A stretch of 64,000 nt of DNA from the human T2T-CHM13v2.0 reference genome, Homo sapiens, in assembly GCF_009914755.1 (NCBI RefSeq), contig NC_060930.1; one strand, given 5' to 3'. Both the position numbers and the translations under genes were made by a program. The stretch's first letter is position 1; each line of letters opens with the position of its first letter. Shown piece by piece: positions 15,653 through 27,769 of the stretch. The notes beneath the pieces are model-generated. The model saw nothing but the letters and a program-made list of their open reading frames with translations, did not search any database and was not told where the DNA came from.

Positions 15653-16840
15653 TGATGGATCTTCATAAATTTCATGCAAAATGGGTATTCTGAAAATACT
15701 ATGCATAGATTTCAAAAACTCTTGCACCCAAATAAACTTGTACTAACTTGTTATAACATGTATAAACAGGATCTAGTTTGAGTCACTAAGAAGGATAAGA
15801 TGTTGGTTTGAAAAGAACCCGTAATAGAGCAACGTGAATTCTGCTAAAACTAGAGCAAGAACAAACATCAAATTTATGGTGAAACTTGGTTGGGCAAATG
15901 GTGAAATCACTGGTGCTTAATGAAAAATTTATGGGAACAGTGCCCCAAGGAAATCAGAAGTATACAAATGTATAATTCATTTTAAGAAGGTGTGAGACAA
16001 TGTTAATGACAAAGCCTGCAGTGGCAGACCGTCCACATCAGTTTGTGAGGAAAAAAATTTATCTTGTTCATGCTCTAAAGAGGACTGATGATTAACAGCA
16101 GAAACAATAGCCAACACTGTAGACATCTCAATTGGTTAAAATTTCAATGGAATTTTTAAACAAGTAGCATCAAGATCCTTGAGCATTTCTTCAAAGTATT
16201 GTAACAGGAAATGAAACATGGTTTTACCAGTACAATTCTGAAGACAAAGCACAATCAGAGCAATGGCTACCAAGAGGTGGACGTGGTCCAGTCACTGCAA
16301 AAGTGAGCCAGTCAAGAGCAAAGGTCATGGCAAGAGTTCTTTGGGATGCTCAAGCCATTTTGCCTGTTGGCTTTCTGGAGGGCCAAAGAAGGATGATATC
16401 TGCTTATTATGAGAAAGTTAGCCAAAGCTTTATTTGAAAAACATTCAGGAAATCTTCACCAGAATCCTTCTCCACCATGACAATGCTCCTGCTTATTCCT
16501 CTCCTCAAAAACGGACAATTTTGTGAGAGTTTCAATGAAAAATTATTAGGCATACAACTCATCGTTCTGATTTGATCCCTTTTGACTTCTTTTTGTTTCC
16601 TAATCTTTAAAAAGTTGTAAAAGGCACTCATTTTTTTTTTCAGTTAATAATGTAAAAAAGACTGCATTGACATGGTTAAATTCCCAAGACCCTCAGTCCT
16701 TTAGGAATGGACTAAATGGCTGGTATCATTGATTACAAAATATGTTGAACTTGATAAAGTTTATGTTGAGAAACAAAGTTTATAGTTTTTATTTTTACCT
16801 TTTAATTCCATTTTCCCACAAATTTTTTGATGTCCCCTTA
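15653..16840 (+). mobile_element. Hsmar2 mariner DNA transposon, near complete, dead transposase
   Basis: TA at both flanks (15651-52, 16841-42); degenerate TIRs tgatggatcttcataaatttcatgcaaaatg / cattttcccacaaattttttgatgtcccctta; decayed transposase motifs NSAKTRARTNIKFMVKLGW, VTGNETW, LHHDNAPA. Confidence 0.9.
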
Positions 16841-16931
16841 TATTTGTTGAATTTCCTTTTAAATACTTCTTGCTACTTGTCTTTGTCCCTAGATCTTTTC
16901 TTTTCCTCTTAGCTTTATTTTACCTTAAAAC

Positions 16932-16971
16932 TTTGGCTAATCCAAAAGTTTTGGCTAATCCAAAAGTTTTG
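16932..16971. repeat. 18-bp tandem duplication of a quasi-palindromic unit
   Basis: tttggctaatccaaaagt x2 followed by tttg. Confidence 0.9.
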
Positions 16972-17699
16972 ACTACGGTTTCTTCATGGCTTTTACTCTT
17001 TCTATTAAATGTCTATAGGCTTCCTCTGAGCTTTGCTTCTGCTTCCTACAACCTGAATCTCTTCATATTTTATGGTTCTAATTAGTAAAACAGCCTGTCC
17101 AAACTTATTTCTATTTTGGGGCACATTTTTTTTTTTTTTTAATCAGGCCACTATACAGCTGCAGGCCACTGGTCAGCCTATAAAACAGCTTTCATTGGAT
17201 TCCACACTTAGACTCCCTAGCCATGTCAGAGAATTCAAACCATGGTTACTCAGGGCTATCTGCCCTCTCTCCCCTAGGTGAAGCAGATACCTAACCTCTG
17301 TAGGTGTTAAAATTATTTGTTTAGTTTTGTAAGATATGGAAATAGGATCTAAGTTGGATATCAAAGATCTTCAAAATGTGTTCATCTGTATTATCTGTTC
17401 CCAACCTACATTTAGTTCATTTATTTTTTTAAAATGTCCCTTATACCATGTAATGGCTAGGCACCCTGGTGGGAGATCTAAGTTTCTGTAATTGATTGCC
17501 ATCCCTTGTCAATTATATTTCTGAAAAGTTTCTTGGATATACATCTATCTCTGGATTCCCACATATGTTTCCTTAATTAGATTTCCTCAGACTTAACTTC
17601 TCACTTCTATATATATTCCACACCTTTACCAGAATATCTTTTAAAATACTAATGCAACCAGGTCACTTTTCTCTTCAAAATCCTTCCATGGTAAATACT

Positions 17700-19960
17700 G
17701 CAGTTAGACAAAATAAATAAATAAAATGTTAAAATAGTTGAAAAATAAGAAATAGGTAAATCACATGATTGTACAATTCAAATCCAAAAGCATCTTCAAA
17801 CAAGGTAACAGAAATAAGTAAATTTAATACAATTGTTAGATGCAAGATAAACATACAAAGATCAGTTATTTTGATTATTACCAAGAAACAGTGGAAAAAA
17901 TTGTAAAATTAATTAATTCCATAGTAGCATCAAAAAATTAAATAGTTAAGAATAGATTTAATGAAGGATGCATATTATCTCTACACTGAGAATTATAAAA
18001 CACTGCTGAGAGATGAAAGGAGACCTAAACAAATGGTAAGACATACCATTTTCAAGAATTGGAAGGCTCAATATTGTTAATATTTAAATTCTCCCCAAAC
18101 TGATCTATGGAATCAACATTGTTCCAAATGAAATCCCAATGTGTGTGTGTGTGTTGTGCATGTGAAAATTGTCAATTTGATTTTAGAATTATACATAATT
18201 GCAAAAGTCTTAGAAAGTACAAGACAATTTTGAAGAAGAGAAACACATTTGGTGGATTTATATTACTGTACTTCAAGATTTACTATCAAGATAGTATATA
18301 TAGGTGCAACTAAAAAAAAACTAACAAAAGACTCAATGGAATAGAATATAAAAATCGAGAAGTAAACCCACACAAATATGGCCACTTACGTTCCAGAAAG
18401 ATGTGCATCATTGCAATATGGAAATGATGGCCTTTACAGTAAATGATGCTATAACAATTGGATATCCATACAGAATAAATGAATCTTTAGCCCTATCTCT
18501 GATCCATATCTCACACCATACACAAAAATTAATTTGAGATGGATTATAGACCTAAATATATGAATGATAAGACAAAATTTATAAAGTAAATTTTATAGGA
18601 AAATATGTTCATGACCTTGGCATAGGCAAAAATTTCTTAAGAAGGACATGTAAAGCACCATCCATAAAACAAAAAAATTTTGATAAATCTGACTTCATTT
18701 AAATTAAGATCTCATGTTAATAAGACACCCGTGGAAGAGTGAAAAGAGAAGTCACAGATTAGACGAAGGTATTCACAATGCTTACATGGAACAAAGGACT
18801 CCAATTATATTCAGAATAAGTAAATAAAGCATAAGTAAAAGATGAACAACATATTAAAAAAATAAGCAAAGACTTGAACAGACCCTTCAGAAAAGAGGAT
18901 ATCCAAATGGCCAATCAGCATTTGCAAAAGTATTTAATATCATTGCTCATCAGGGAAATACAAATTTAAAACACAAGAAATATCACTATGTTGTACCAGT
19001 TCTACTTAAACTAAAAGGACTGCCAATGCTAAATGCTAGGACAGACACAAATCAAAATTCTTATTTTGTAAAATTCTTATACATTGCTGTGAGAAATAAG
19101 ATTATTACAACCACTTGAGAAAACTGTTTTTGCATTATCTTCTAAAGCTAAAGATAATGACCTAGGAATCTCACTCTTAGATATGTACATGTAAGATATG
19201 AGTGTGTATGTCTACATAATGATCTGTACAAAAATATTTATGGCAGTTTTATTTACAATAGCCCCAAACGAAATAATCAACATTTTCAGAGAGAGGAAAA
19301 TGATGCTACGGACTGAATTGTGTCCTCTCAAAATTCATGCTGAAGCCCTAACCCACAATATGATGGTATATGGAGACTTAGTCTTTGGGACATAATTAGT
19401 TTTTGAAGAGGTCATGAGAATGCAGCATTCATGATAGGAAGAGAAAGAGATAGGCACTAAGGAAAGGCCAAGTAAGGACACAGTGAGAAGCTGGCCATCT
19501 GTAACCCAAGGAGAGAGGTCTCAGCAGACACCAGTCCTGCTGGCACCTTATTCTTGGACTTTCCAGCCTCCAGAACTGTGAGAAAATAATGTTCTATATG
19601 GTATGTTCTTATGGGAGCCCAAGCTGACTAAGACAAATGGTAAATATATTGTGATATATTCATACAAGTAAGGTATACACAGCAGTAAAAATGAATGAAC
19701 CACTGGCTCACACTACATTAATGGATTGCAAATATATTATGCTGATAGAACAAAGCCAGATACGAAAGAATGCAGACTGTTGAATGTCATTTATATAAAG
19801 TTCAAGATAGGCAGAACTAATTGATAGTTACCTCCGAGGGTGAGGAGGGCTCCACTTAGAAGGGACATGAAAGTACCTTATAGGGTATTTCAAATATTGC
19901 ATGTCTTGATTGGAATGGTTGTTATATATCAAAATTCATTATACCTAAGATCAGAGGATT
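17700..19960 (+). mobile_element. Old L1M (L1MB/ME-class) ORF2 3' part and 3'UTR
   Basis: attggaaggctcaatattgttaa...cacaccatacacaaaaattaat...gatatccaaatggccaat; interrupted by MLT1. Confidence 0.85.
19304..19635 (+). mobile_element. MLT1A/B solo LTR inside L1M
   Basis: tgctacggactgaattgtgtcc...ttccagcctccagaactgtgag...gactaagaca; 5-bp TSD aatga/aatgg. Confidence 0.88.
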
Positions 19961-20072
19961 CTACCTAAGAATGTTTAGAAAAATCTCCACTGGTTCCCTC
20001 TTTTTCTTTGCATGACACATAATGGATGTCCTTTATTATTTCAGTTTAATTTCCTCCACCCACCTCCCTGCC

Positions 20073-20162
20073 CTTTTTTTTCAGACAAAGTCTCACTTTA
20101 TTGCCCAGGCTGGAGTGCAGTAGCATGATCTCAGCTCACTGCAACCGCCACCTCCAAGGTTC
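20073..20162 (-). mobile_element. Alu 3' fragment
   Basis: tttttttttcagacaaagtctcac...cccaggctggagtgcag...ctcactgcaacc. Confidence 0.85.
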
Positions 20163-20403
20163 CATTGTGCTTCACTTGACACATGTGTCTTGGGTTCCAG
20201 GTCTGCTACTTCTTAAGCTTCACACTTTTTCAACTCCATACCATCACTCATTCTTATGAATTGTCTCATCTTAAAAGTCCATTACCACTTTCTGCCTAAT
20301 GAAATCCTACATGTATTTTGGTGTTCAATGCTATTGGTGAATTCTTTTCTGATACTTTTAGGCAGAAATCTTCCTCTGTTAGAACATTGTTCCTATACAA
20401 GAC

Positions 20404-20540
20404 AAGTCACAGATTAGAAGAAGGTATTCACAATGATCACATGGAACAAAGAACTCCAATTATATTCAGAATAAATAAATAACTCATAAATTAATTAGGA
20501 AAAGATGAACAACATATTAAAAAAATAAACAAAGACTTGA
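20404..20540 (+). repeat. Local copy of 18749-18877 (L1M-derived)
   Basis: aagtcacagattaga.gaaggtattcacaatg...ctccaattatattcagaataa...gatgaacaacatattaaaaaaataa.caaagacttga occurs at both sites. Confidence 0.85.
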
Positions 20541-23500
20541 GCATTCATTATTTCCTTCTGCAACTAGCTGCATGTGAATTTTCCCATTAGAGTGTGGACC
20601 CGAACCCCTTGAAGGTAAGTACCAGGGCTAGTTTATCTTTACATTTTAGGCATATAGCACAGCACTAAAAAATATATTAGTGCCTAGAGTAATTAACAAG
20701 ACATACTTTCTAGCCCTGTTGCCCGAGAGAGAAATATAAAGTCATTGCACAAGAAGTGCTGTAGGGTCCATTTTTACTCAAGTGAGATGTCTGATATTTG
20801 CGTCAGGAACTGAAAAGGAAGATATTATTAGTGCCAATAGGGCTTTAACTTTTCACCTTCTGTCACCAGAGCAGGAGATGGCTGATGGTGCAAAGAACAC
20901 TTAATTGTCAGAGAAACTGCAGACCCAGCATTCTTGGAGAGACAGCTGCTGCATTATGCAGCCATTCTCAGGATTAATAGGCATAGACTATACCTTAGTT
21001 GGGCTCTTTTTTTGTTTGTTTGTTTGTTTTTTAAGGAAAAAAGGCTCAAGCCATGTACCAAGCAATGTAACAGAACAAAAGGAACTTCAAGGCAGTACAT
21101 GCATTGAAATTGGAGCGGTAACCCAATTCGCTGTTGGGACTGGGTACTTTATCTCTTTTCTTTGGCAACTATTTTATCCTTTTCCAATTCTTCTTGAACT
21201 TGACCCTTCCTTGAATTTGGCCTATCATGATTTCTCTGTTCACTTCTATCACACCCTTTCAATTTTATATTCACCATTAACTGCCTCACTTGATCAATAT
21301 TACTTAATTCAAGTTCCCAAGGGTGGGAACCCTTGGGATTAACCCAGCTCATCATTTCCTGTTAAGTTATGACCTAGGTCACTAGCCCTTTCCAGCAGGC
21401 ACCAAATTAAATAATTTCTCCATATATCATCATATACTGATATTTGTATCATGTATTCACTAAATAGCAATTATTAGAGACTCTGATGGTCAAAACTGGT
21501 AATCATGCATTTCCTACTTTGAAAAATTGTAATGAGGCTTATTTTGTTTAGCGATTATATCCATATTAGTAGATGTTAAATGAATATTTATTAAATTAAC
21601 AACAAACCCTTGTGTCTAGAAAATATTCTCCAGTCACTTTCGGAGATGTTACATATACTTAAATGACAGTAGAAACTCAAAGATTGTTGTTGGTTGAGTT
21701 GGAAATTTAAATGTGCTTTGCTCATCCTCAGCAAAATAGATTATGATACTCTTGTGAGGATTGCAAATAATTTAAGAAATATCTCAGGGACAGTCCACAC
21801 ATTAAATTTTCTCTTTTTTTGTCTCTGCAAATATTAAATGCATAAAAAATAAAGCTAAGGATGAGACCCATTTCTACACACTTGAGCATGTGTTTGTGGT
21901 AGAAAAACGGAGCATCAGATTCAAAGAGTTATTTATATTTCTAGTGGCATGCTTGTTTCTCTAGTAGTTGTGATTTAGGTACCTAAAAAAATACATGTCT
22001 GTCATGTAATTTTGTCATTTAGTCAAAATCTAATAAAATTATTAAATTTAAATACAACTTTACAAGTTGTCTGAAGCATGATTTGTTCCGTTTGCATTTT
22101 CCTTCAATGGAGCCTTGTCAAGCACTTGGTTGGATTCAGCATCGCTGAAAGTCAGCCCTTAATTCTGACTGCCCTTACAAATGTAGGAGAGCAGCCAGTT
22201 TCAACACATGACTCTCGGAGTTCATTTGGGGTTTTGTCGGCAGAGTGCAAAAAATATATATATTTGTTGTTATCGGTTGAGTGTGTAAATTGGCATTTTT
22301 CTAGATGTTATATGGCTATATAAATAATATCTGGATATTAAATTATTGGCACAGGCATTTGCAATTTTGAAGAAACTAATTAAGTCTAAATGACTAATTC
22401 CCAGTTGCAGAGTCAGGAACACAAAATATGATTCATGGAAGTAGGCAGCACTTCACATCCAAGACATGGTAACGCTTTATTTGTGTGCATTTAAGGAAGA
22501 CGGTGGCAGGAGTTCATTTGCTGCACCTGTTACCAAAAGTTGTGAAGGCAAGGAAGAGCCTGGAATTGTCTGCACATCATGCCCATTGGCACTTCAGGAA
22601 TGATCGCTGATGCCAGCCCCACTCTGGTAACCCTGCTTCTGAGAGCCTTGTCATGACTCACACACAATGAGCACTGAGCATGAAGAAACTGAGAGGAGGG
22701 CCTGAAAACCTCCACAGAAATCAGGGGTAAACAAAGGAGGCTGTTGAGATGGGAGTAGAGAACTTATTTTCCTTTCTGTTTTGTAACAAGTGATAGGCTT
22801 GCATTTACTGATTTAAGAATATTTACAAAGCATATATATTATACTTGTTAGTTTTGCTTCTGTATTTGAATCAGGAGCTATCTTCATCACATACATAATT
22901 TTTTTAAAGCACTGACTTTTTCTAAAAAATGTGATGCTTAGGGCTCATATAAAGGATGCTTAGAATTTGTATAAAACTCTTGGTTCCTACTGTTTTGTAA
23001 CTCTCCATCTGCTCTTCCCATTAAGTAAGAAAACAGAGCAGACAAGCATTGCTTACTGAAACTGCTATGTAGGCAGTCATGTTTTATTTTATTTCACTGC
23101 TCAACATTCATTTTCCTTTTTGAAACAGCATCCTTACTGCTATAATCAGAGGCTTGATGTCTTCTAGTCAAGGACAAATCTAGACCAATCAGTTGCCCTG
23201 CTTTTGAATGTGAATCTTGAGTAGAACAATAAGCAGTATGTTAATGGTTAGCTTTCCTCCCTCCTGATAGCGGGGTCCTCAGCAGCCTTTGCCAGCTGGG
23301 AGACAACGGTGGGAGCTCCTGCTTCTGAGCTTTGGGAACTGACTTACTTTCTGTGTATTCTGAAGCATTGTTCTTCATCCTTTGATACATTTTGGACCCC
23401 TCTTCACTCCTTGATTTCCTTCCAATGAATTTTATGTCTGTAGTTTCCAATTACAGAGATTTCACTGATACACTACTTATAATTTTATTTTAAAATTTTC

Positions 23501-24054
23501 ACTCAGAATGCAAATGATCATGATGCAAGTGAAGTTATGAAATAAAAGCAAATCCCTCATAAGTATTATGCATTTATTGTTAATAACAAAATATTTAAAA
23601 TTATCTCACAATTGTTGGAACCAATATGTCAGAAAACTGTGGTTGAAAAATACTGATATCTGGCCTTAGAAGCTAGCACCTAATGGCAATCTGTTTCCAA
23701 TTTTTCTGTAGAGATGGTTTCTGAGATCTAGAGACCATCTATAGAGATGGTTTCAAGCTTTAGGATCTGGGAATTTAAGACAACATAATTATACCATTCG
23801 TAGGAACCTACTGGAGTGAGAAAAATTCTACCCAGGGGAGCCTTTGGCTAAGCTGAAATGAAAATGGGAGGAAGGAGACTAGGGTGTATGTGGGAAAGAC
23901 CGGAAGAAGAACTTCAAGGATAAGGTGGGAATAGGTTGAAAGGGAATACACAGTTTTATCATACTGACACTTCTTTGGTGTGTAAGTAATGTTCCTGGGT
24001 TTTCCAGGTGGTAAGGCACTAGGTAGGTCATTCATTCACTATGTAGGTTACTTT

Positions 24055-25011
24055 TTTTTTTTTGAAGTCCTTGTCCTTTATTGGGCAAGGGGTGAGGGAA
24101 GCAGACAGACCGGTTGGACATAGTAGATGGGTGTGTGAGGACAAATGCTACCCAAAAGCCAGCCAACCTACACTCCCCTGAAATGGATGCTAATGCCCTT
24201 CAAACTCTGCGCAATGGTTTCACACATAGCCTCTTCCAGGGATAAAAGAAGGGGTTATTGTAAAGCTTCTTGTTACCTTCAACCATAAAGGCAAGTTCTG
24301 AATTCTAGTTTTCCTGGGACACTAACTCTAGTCACAAAGATCTCTGGAGTGATCAAGCATGGTGGAGTGGCAGGGTGAGTGTTTCAAAAGGATAAGTAGA
24401 ACAGGAATCTTGCCCGAGTCCTGTTACAACGTCAGTGCCTGTATATGGCTTCTCAGTCCAACCAGAAATTGACAGAGAGGCATGTATACAGTGAAAAGAT
24501 ATACATATATTTAGGATTAACCAGCTGCATTCAGTTTAGATGATCCCAATTTTGTTGGCAACATCCAAAGCATTGTAATCAGGAGGCAGTTGAACGTATG
24601 CCTTCTTCTCTCCATCAGGCTGACAGGGTGTTGACCTCGGCCACATCAATGTCATAGAGCTTCTTCACAGCCTGTTTGATCTGGTGCTTGTTGGCTTTAG
24701 CATCCACAGTGAACACAAGTGTGTTGTTGTCGTCTGTCTTCTCCGTGGCAGACTCAGTGGTCAGCAGAAACTTGATGATAGCATAGTGATCAAGCTTGTT
24801 TCTCCTGGGAATGCTTTTCTGAGGATATTTTTGCTGCCTCTGGAGTCGCAGTGTCTTGGGCCGCCAGAATGTGGGTGACGTGCGATCTTTTTTTGTGTGT
24901 ATGTGGCTGTGGACACCTTTCAACACTGCCTTCTTGGCCCTTAAAGCCTTCGCTTTGGCTTCTGCTTTGCAGAGGCAGGAGCTTCCTTCTTCACTTTTGG
25001 CGCCATCTTGT
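24055..25011 (-). pseudogene. RPL23A: RPL23A processed pseudogene including the long distal 3'UTR
   Basis: Intronless. ATG at 25004-25006 (acaagATGGCGCC), stop at 24536-24538. Peptides [53 protein letters not shown]; frameshifts near both ends. AATAAA at 24077-24082, poly(A) about 24052-24063, TSD ggttacttt at 24046-24054 and 25017-25025. Confidence 0.95.
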
Positions 25012-25399
25012 CTCATGGTTACTTTCATAATGATAGTCACTATATAAGAGAATTGCCTCACTGAAGAGTCTGCTGAGATAGCATTCATTTTGTAGACGAA
25101 TGGCCACACTGTTGTGATCATAGCTAATTGAACCCACTTGTGAGTCGCTAACACTGGGGCAGCCAATCTACAGTCTGACCAGTGGCCTATAATGATGGCC
25201 TGCTATGCAAAGCTCTTTTTAAGCAGGAAATAATCATCATTAGCTAGGACAAACCTTCCTTTCTCTTGGGCATGTCAATAGTGAAATCTATGAAGCATGG
25301 TATTCATGTGGTAAAGAGAATGTAGCTGTTAGCAGGGACCATGAAAAGTCAAAGCTCTGAATAGGCTGAAACTAGAAGTAAGAAGAAAACATAAAGAAA

Positions 25400-26340
25400 A
25401 AAAATAGGTGAAATAGACCAGCAGACTTCAATTTCTGTCAATGTGGCAGATTAGAAAACCTGAAAACCCTTCTGTATTGCTGGATACAATATAACAAATG
25501 TCCATTTAAATGTCTAACTGATCTTGCAAGAATATATACATACATAAATGCCTACATGCATATAAGCACACATCTATGTAGACATAAGGAAATCTCTGGA
25601 AGTTAGAAACCAAGAGGAAAATGAAAACCAGAACAGTCAGAGTTTATTTTGCAGTTGCCTGGGGGTATTTTTCAATCTTAGTAGCCAAGGACTTGGCTTT
25701 TACATGCTTTTGGAAAGAGGATATTCAGCCTTAAGTTATGTTGAGATAGAAGTTCTGAGTCTTCTGTGTAAAGCCAGGGATACAACCTCAATCAAGTGGT
25801 GTATCAGAAACAAACTGCCTGTCAGGATAGGCATTTTTCAATCATGGTTTTCTGACACAGCAGAGAGGATGACATGGAGGTTTATCTGTTTTGTCCTGGG
25901 GTGAGGATGGGAAATGAGTCTCCTTGGTTATTTGTATCCATGCCTTCTCCCTTTGGCCCTTGATTTTGAGATTTGAATTTACTCTTTCTGTAGGGTCTGG
26001 AAGCCAAAGCTGTGAAACAATATTGTAGAAGTAATAATGCCCACTTTCTATAATAATTTTATGATAATTGTATAGTTATGTAAAAATAACACAACTCTGG
26101 AGGAAGACACATTCTCGAGATTCTCTGAAGATAAGGTCACAATCCAGATCACAAACACACTCAAGTAAGCACTTCACCATGAGGAAAAACTAGCAGATGA
26201 CAGCAAATAGCAGGAACACACCAAAAAGAAACAAAGGCTACCAGTGTTTTAAAAACGATAACAAAAGATAAAGCATAAAAAATGAGATCAGACTCTATCC
26301 AAAAAGACACAGCACGTTGTGAGGAAATGTCCAGAACTTT
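25400..26340 (+). mobile_element. Ancient L1M 5'/ORF1-region fragment
   Basis: gacttcaatttctgtcaatgtggcagattag...tgctggatacaatataac...caactctggaggaaga resembles old L1M 5' ends. Confidence 0.4.
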
Positions 26341-26959
26341 GAAGAGTTTTTTTGCTGTTTGTTCACTTTCCTAAATGTAGAAAAGCAATGGTCTAGAAGT
26401 AGCCGCAGAAAAGGGGAAAGAGGAGAATGCAAATATTGTCTTTGTGATGTTTTGATAAACACATTGTGGGAAAATGAACACCCATCATTTCAAAAGGCTT
26501 TGGGGCAAGAGGAAGATTTTAGTGTAAGACAAGATTGTAGAGGGAGTGTTTTTGGAATATGGGAATGTGAAATTTATTTTAATGAAACATTGTTTTCAAA
26601 AGGAGTGTTGAAAATAATTAGGAAGGAAGTTCATAGAGGAAAAAATGTGGAAATAATAATGCTTGAGAGTACTTAGTTGACCGGAGGATTTGCATTCTGT
26701 CTAATGGCTCAAAATGGCTGGTTGAGAAGAATGATTGTGTTGTTTGCATTTGAAGTGACAGGTATGAATCTGAGTTTCCAAACGGCATCCTAGGATCTTA
26801 GCATTCTGACATCATTTCTCTTTAAACAAGGTCACAGTGTTCTAAAAAGAAATTTCTTTATGTGGTGCTATGAAAACACACAAAAAATGATATCATGCTG
26901 GACACTCTGATAAACTCTTTTAATGCTCATTTTATTATCTCTTTTTTAGTATCTCTTTT

Positions 26960-27110
26960 AATAACTCTTTTAATATCTCATTTAATCCTCCCTTCCAGCC
27001 CAGAATATAGATACTACTATAATCTCCATTCACTTATAAGAAAATAACGGCTCAGAAATTTTAAGTAATTTGATTAATGTCACACACCCATAAGTTAGGG
27101 ACATTATATT
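26960..27110 (-). mobile_element. MIR SINE
   Basis: atctcatttaatcctc...ctccattcacttataagaaaataacggctcagaaatt...aatgtcacac. Confidence 0.6.
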
Positions 27111-27571
27111 GGTGCTGTTTCAAACTGTGAAAAGGAATTAGCTAGTGAGAAAAGTAAAGAAAGAGCAACCTCCATTGTGTATACCATATGTATGAAAAGC
27201 ACAGAGAAAGAAAACATTATGTGTTTTGTAAACTAGTGTGGTCAGAGGAAAGGATCTGTGTGAGAAGGCTGTGGAGGATAAAGCAGAAATATAGTCAGGA
27301 ATCAAAGTATGGCAAGACTTGTGTCTGAGCTTTCTCCCAAAAACCAATAAAGTTCTTTATAAAGGAAAGGGCTATAACCTGAATTTCATTTTAGGACAAT
27401 CACTCTTTTAGTAACATTGTGGATAGATCTGTGAGAAACTAAGCCATCAGATCAGTCAGGTTTGCAATAATTCAGGCAAAAAGCATTTCACTAAGATGTG
27501 AATGAAAGTAGGGCATCATTAAGGAGGCAGAATCTATTATATCCAGTTACTGAGTGCAAGTGTGAGTATGA

Positions 27572-27603
<32 letters not shown>
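27572..27603. repeat. (TG)n(CG)n microsatellite
   Basis: gtgtgt...gtgcgcgc. Confidence 0.9.
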
Positions 27604-27769
27604 TAGGAGTTGAGAGCTGCAAGAAGGGACTATATAGTGACTGAGAAGATGGAAGATTTGTCCATGCAATGAGACAGAGAATGAGAATTCAGTTTTGATC
27701 TGGTCGAATTTGTGTTTTCCTTTGGGGTATTAAAATGCTGCAGATTTGCATTCTCAGGACTCAAATTTA

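Noticed and set aside
20905-21342. 145-aa ORF
   Set aside because: Non-ATG start, runs through a (TTTG)n low-complexity tract, no recognisable domain.
24615-25166. 183-aa ORF fusing flanking sequence to RPL23A
   Set aside because: Starts at a non-ATG codon, enters the RPL23A frame only through a pseudogene frameshift and loses the C-terminus by another; no promoter evidence.
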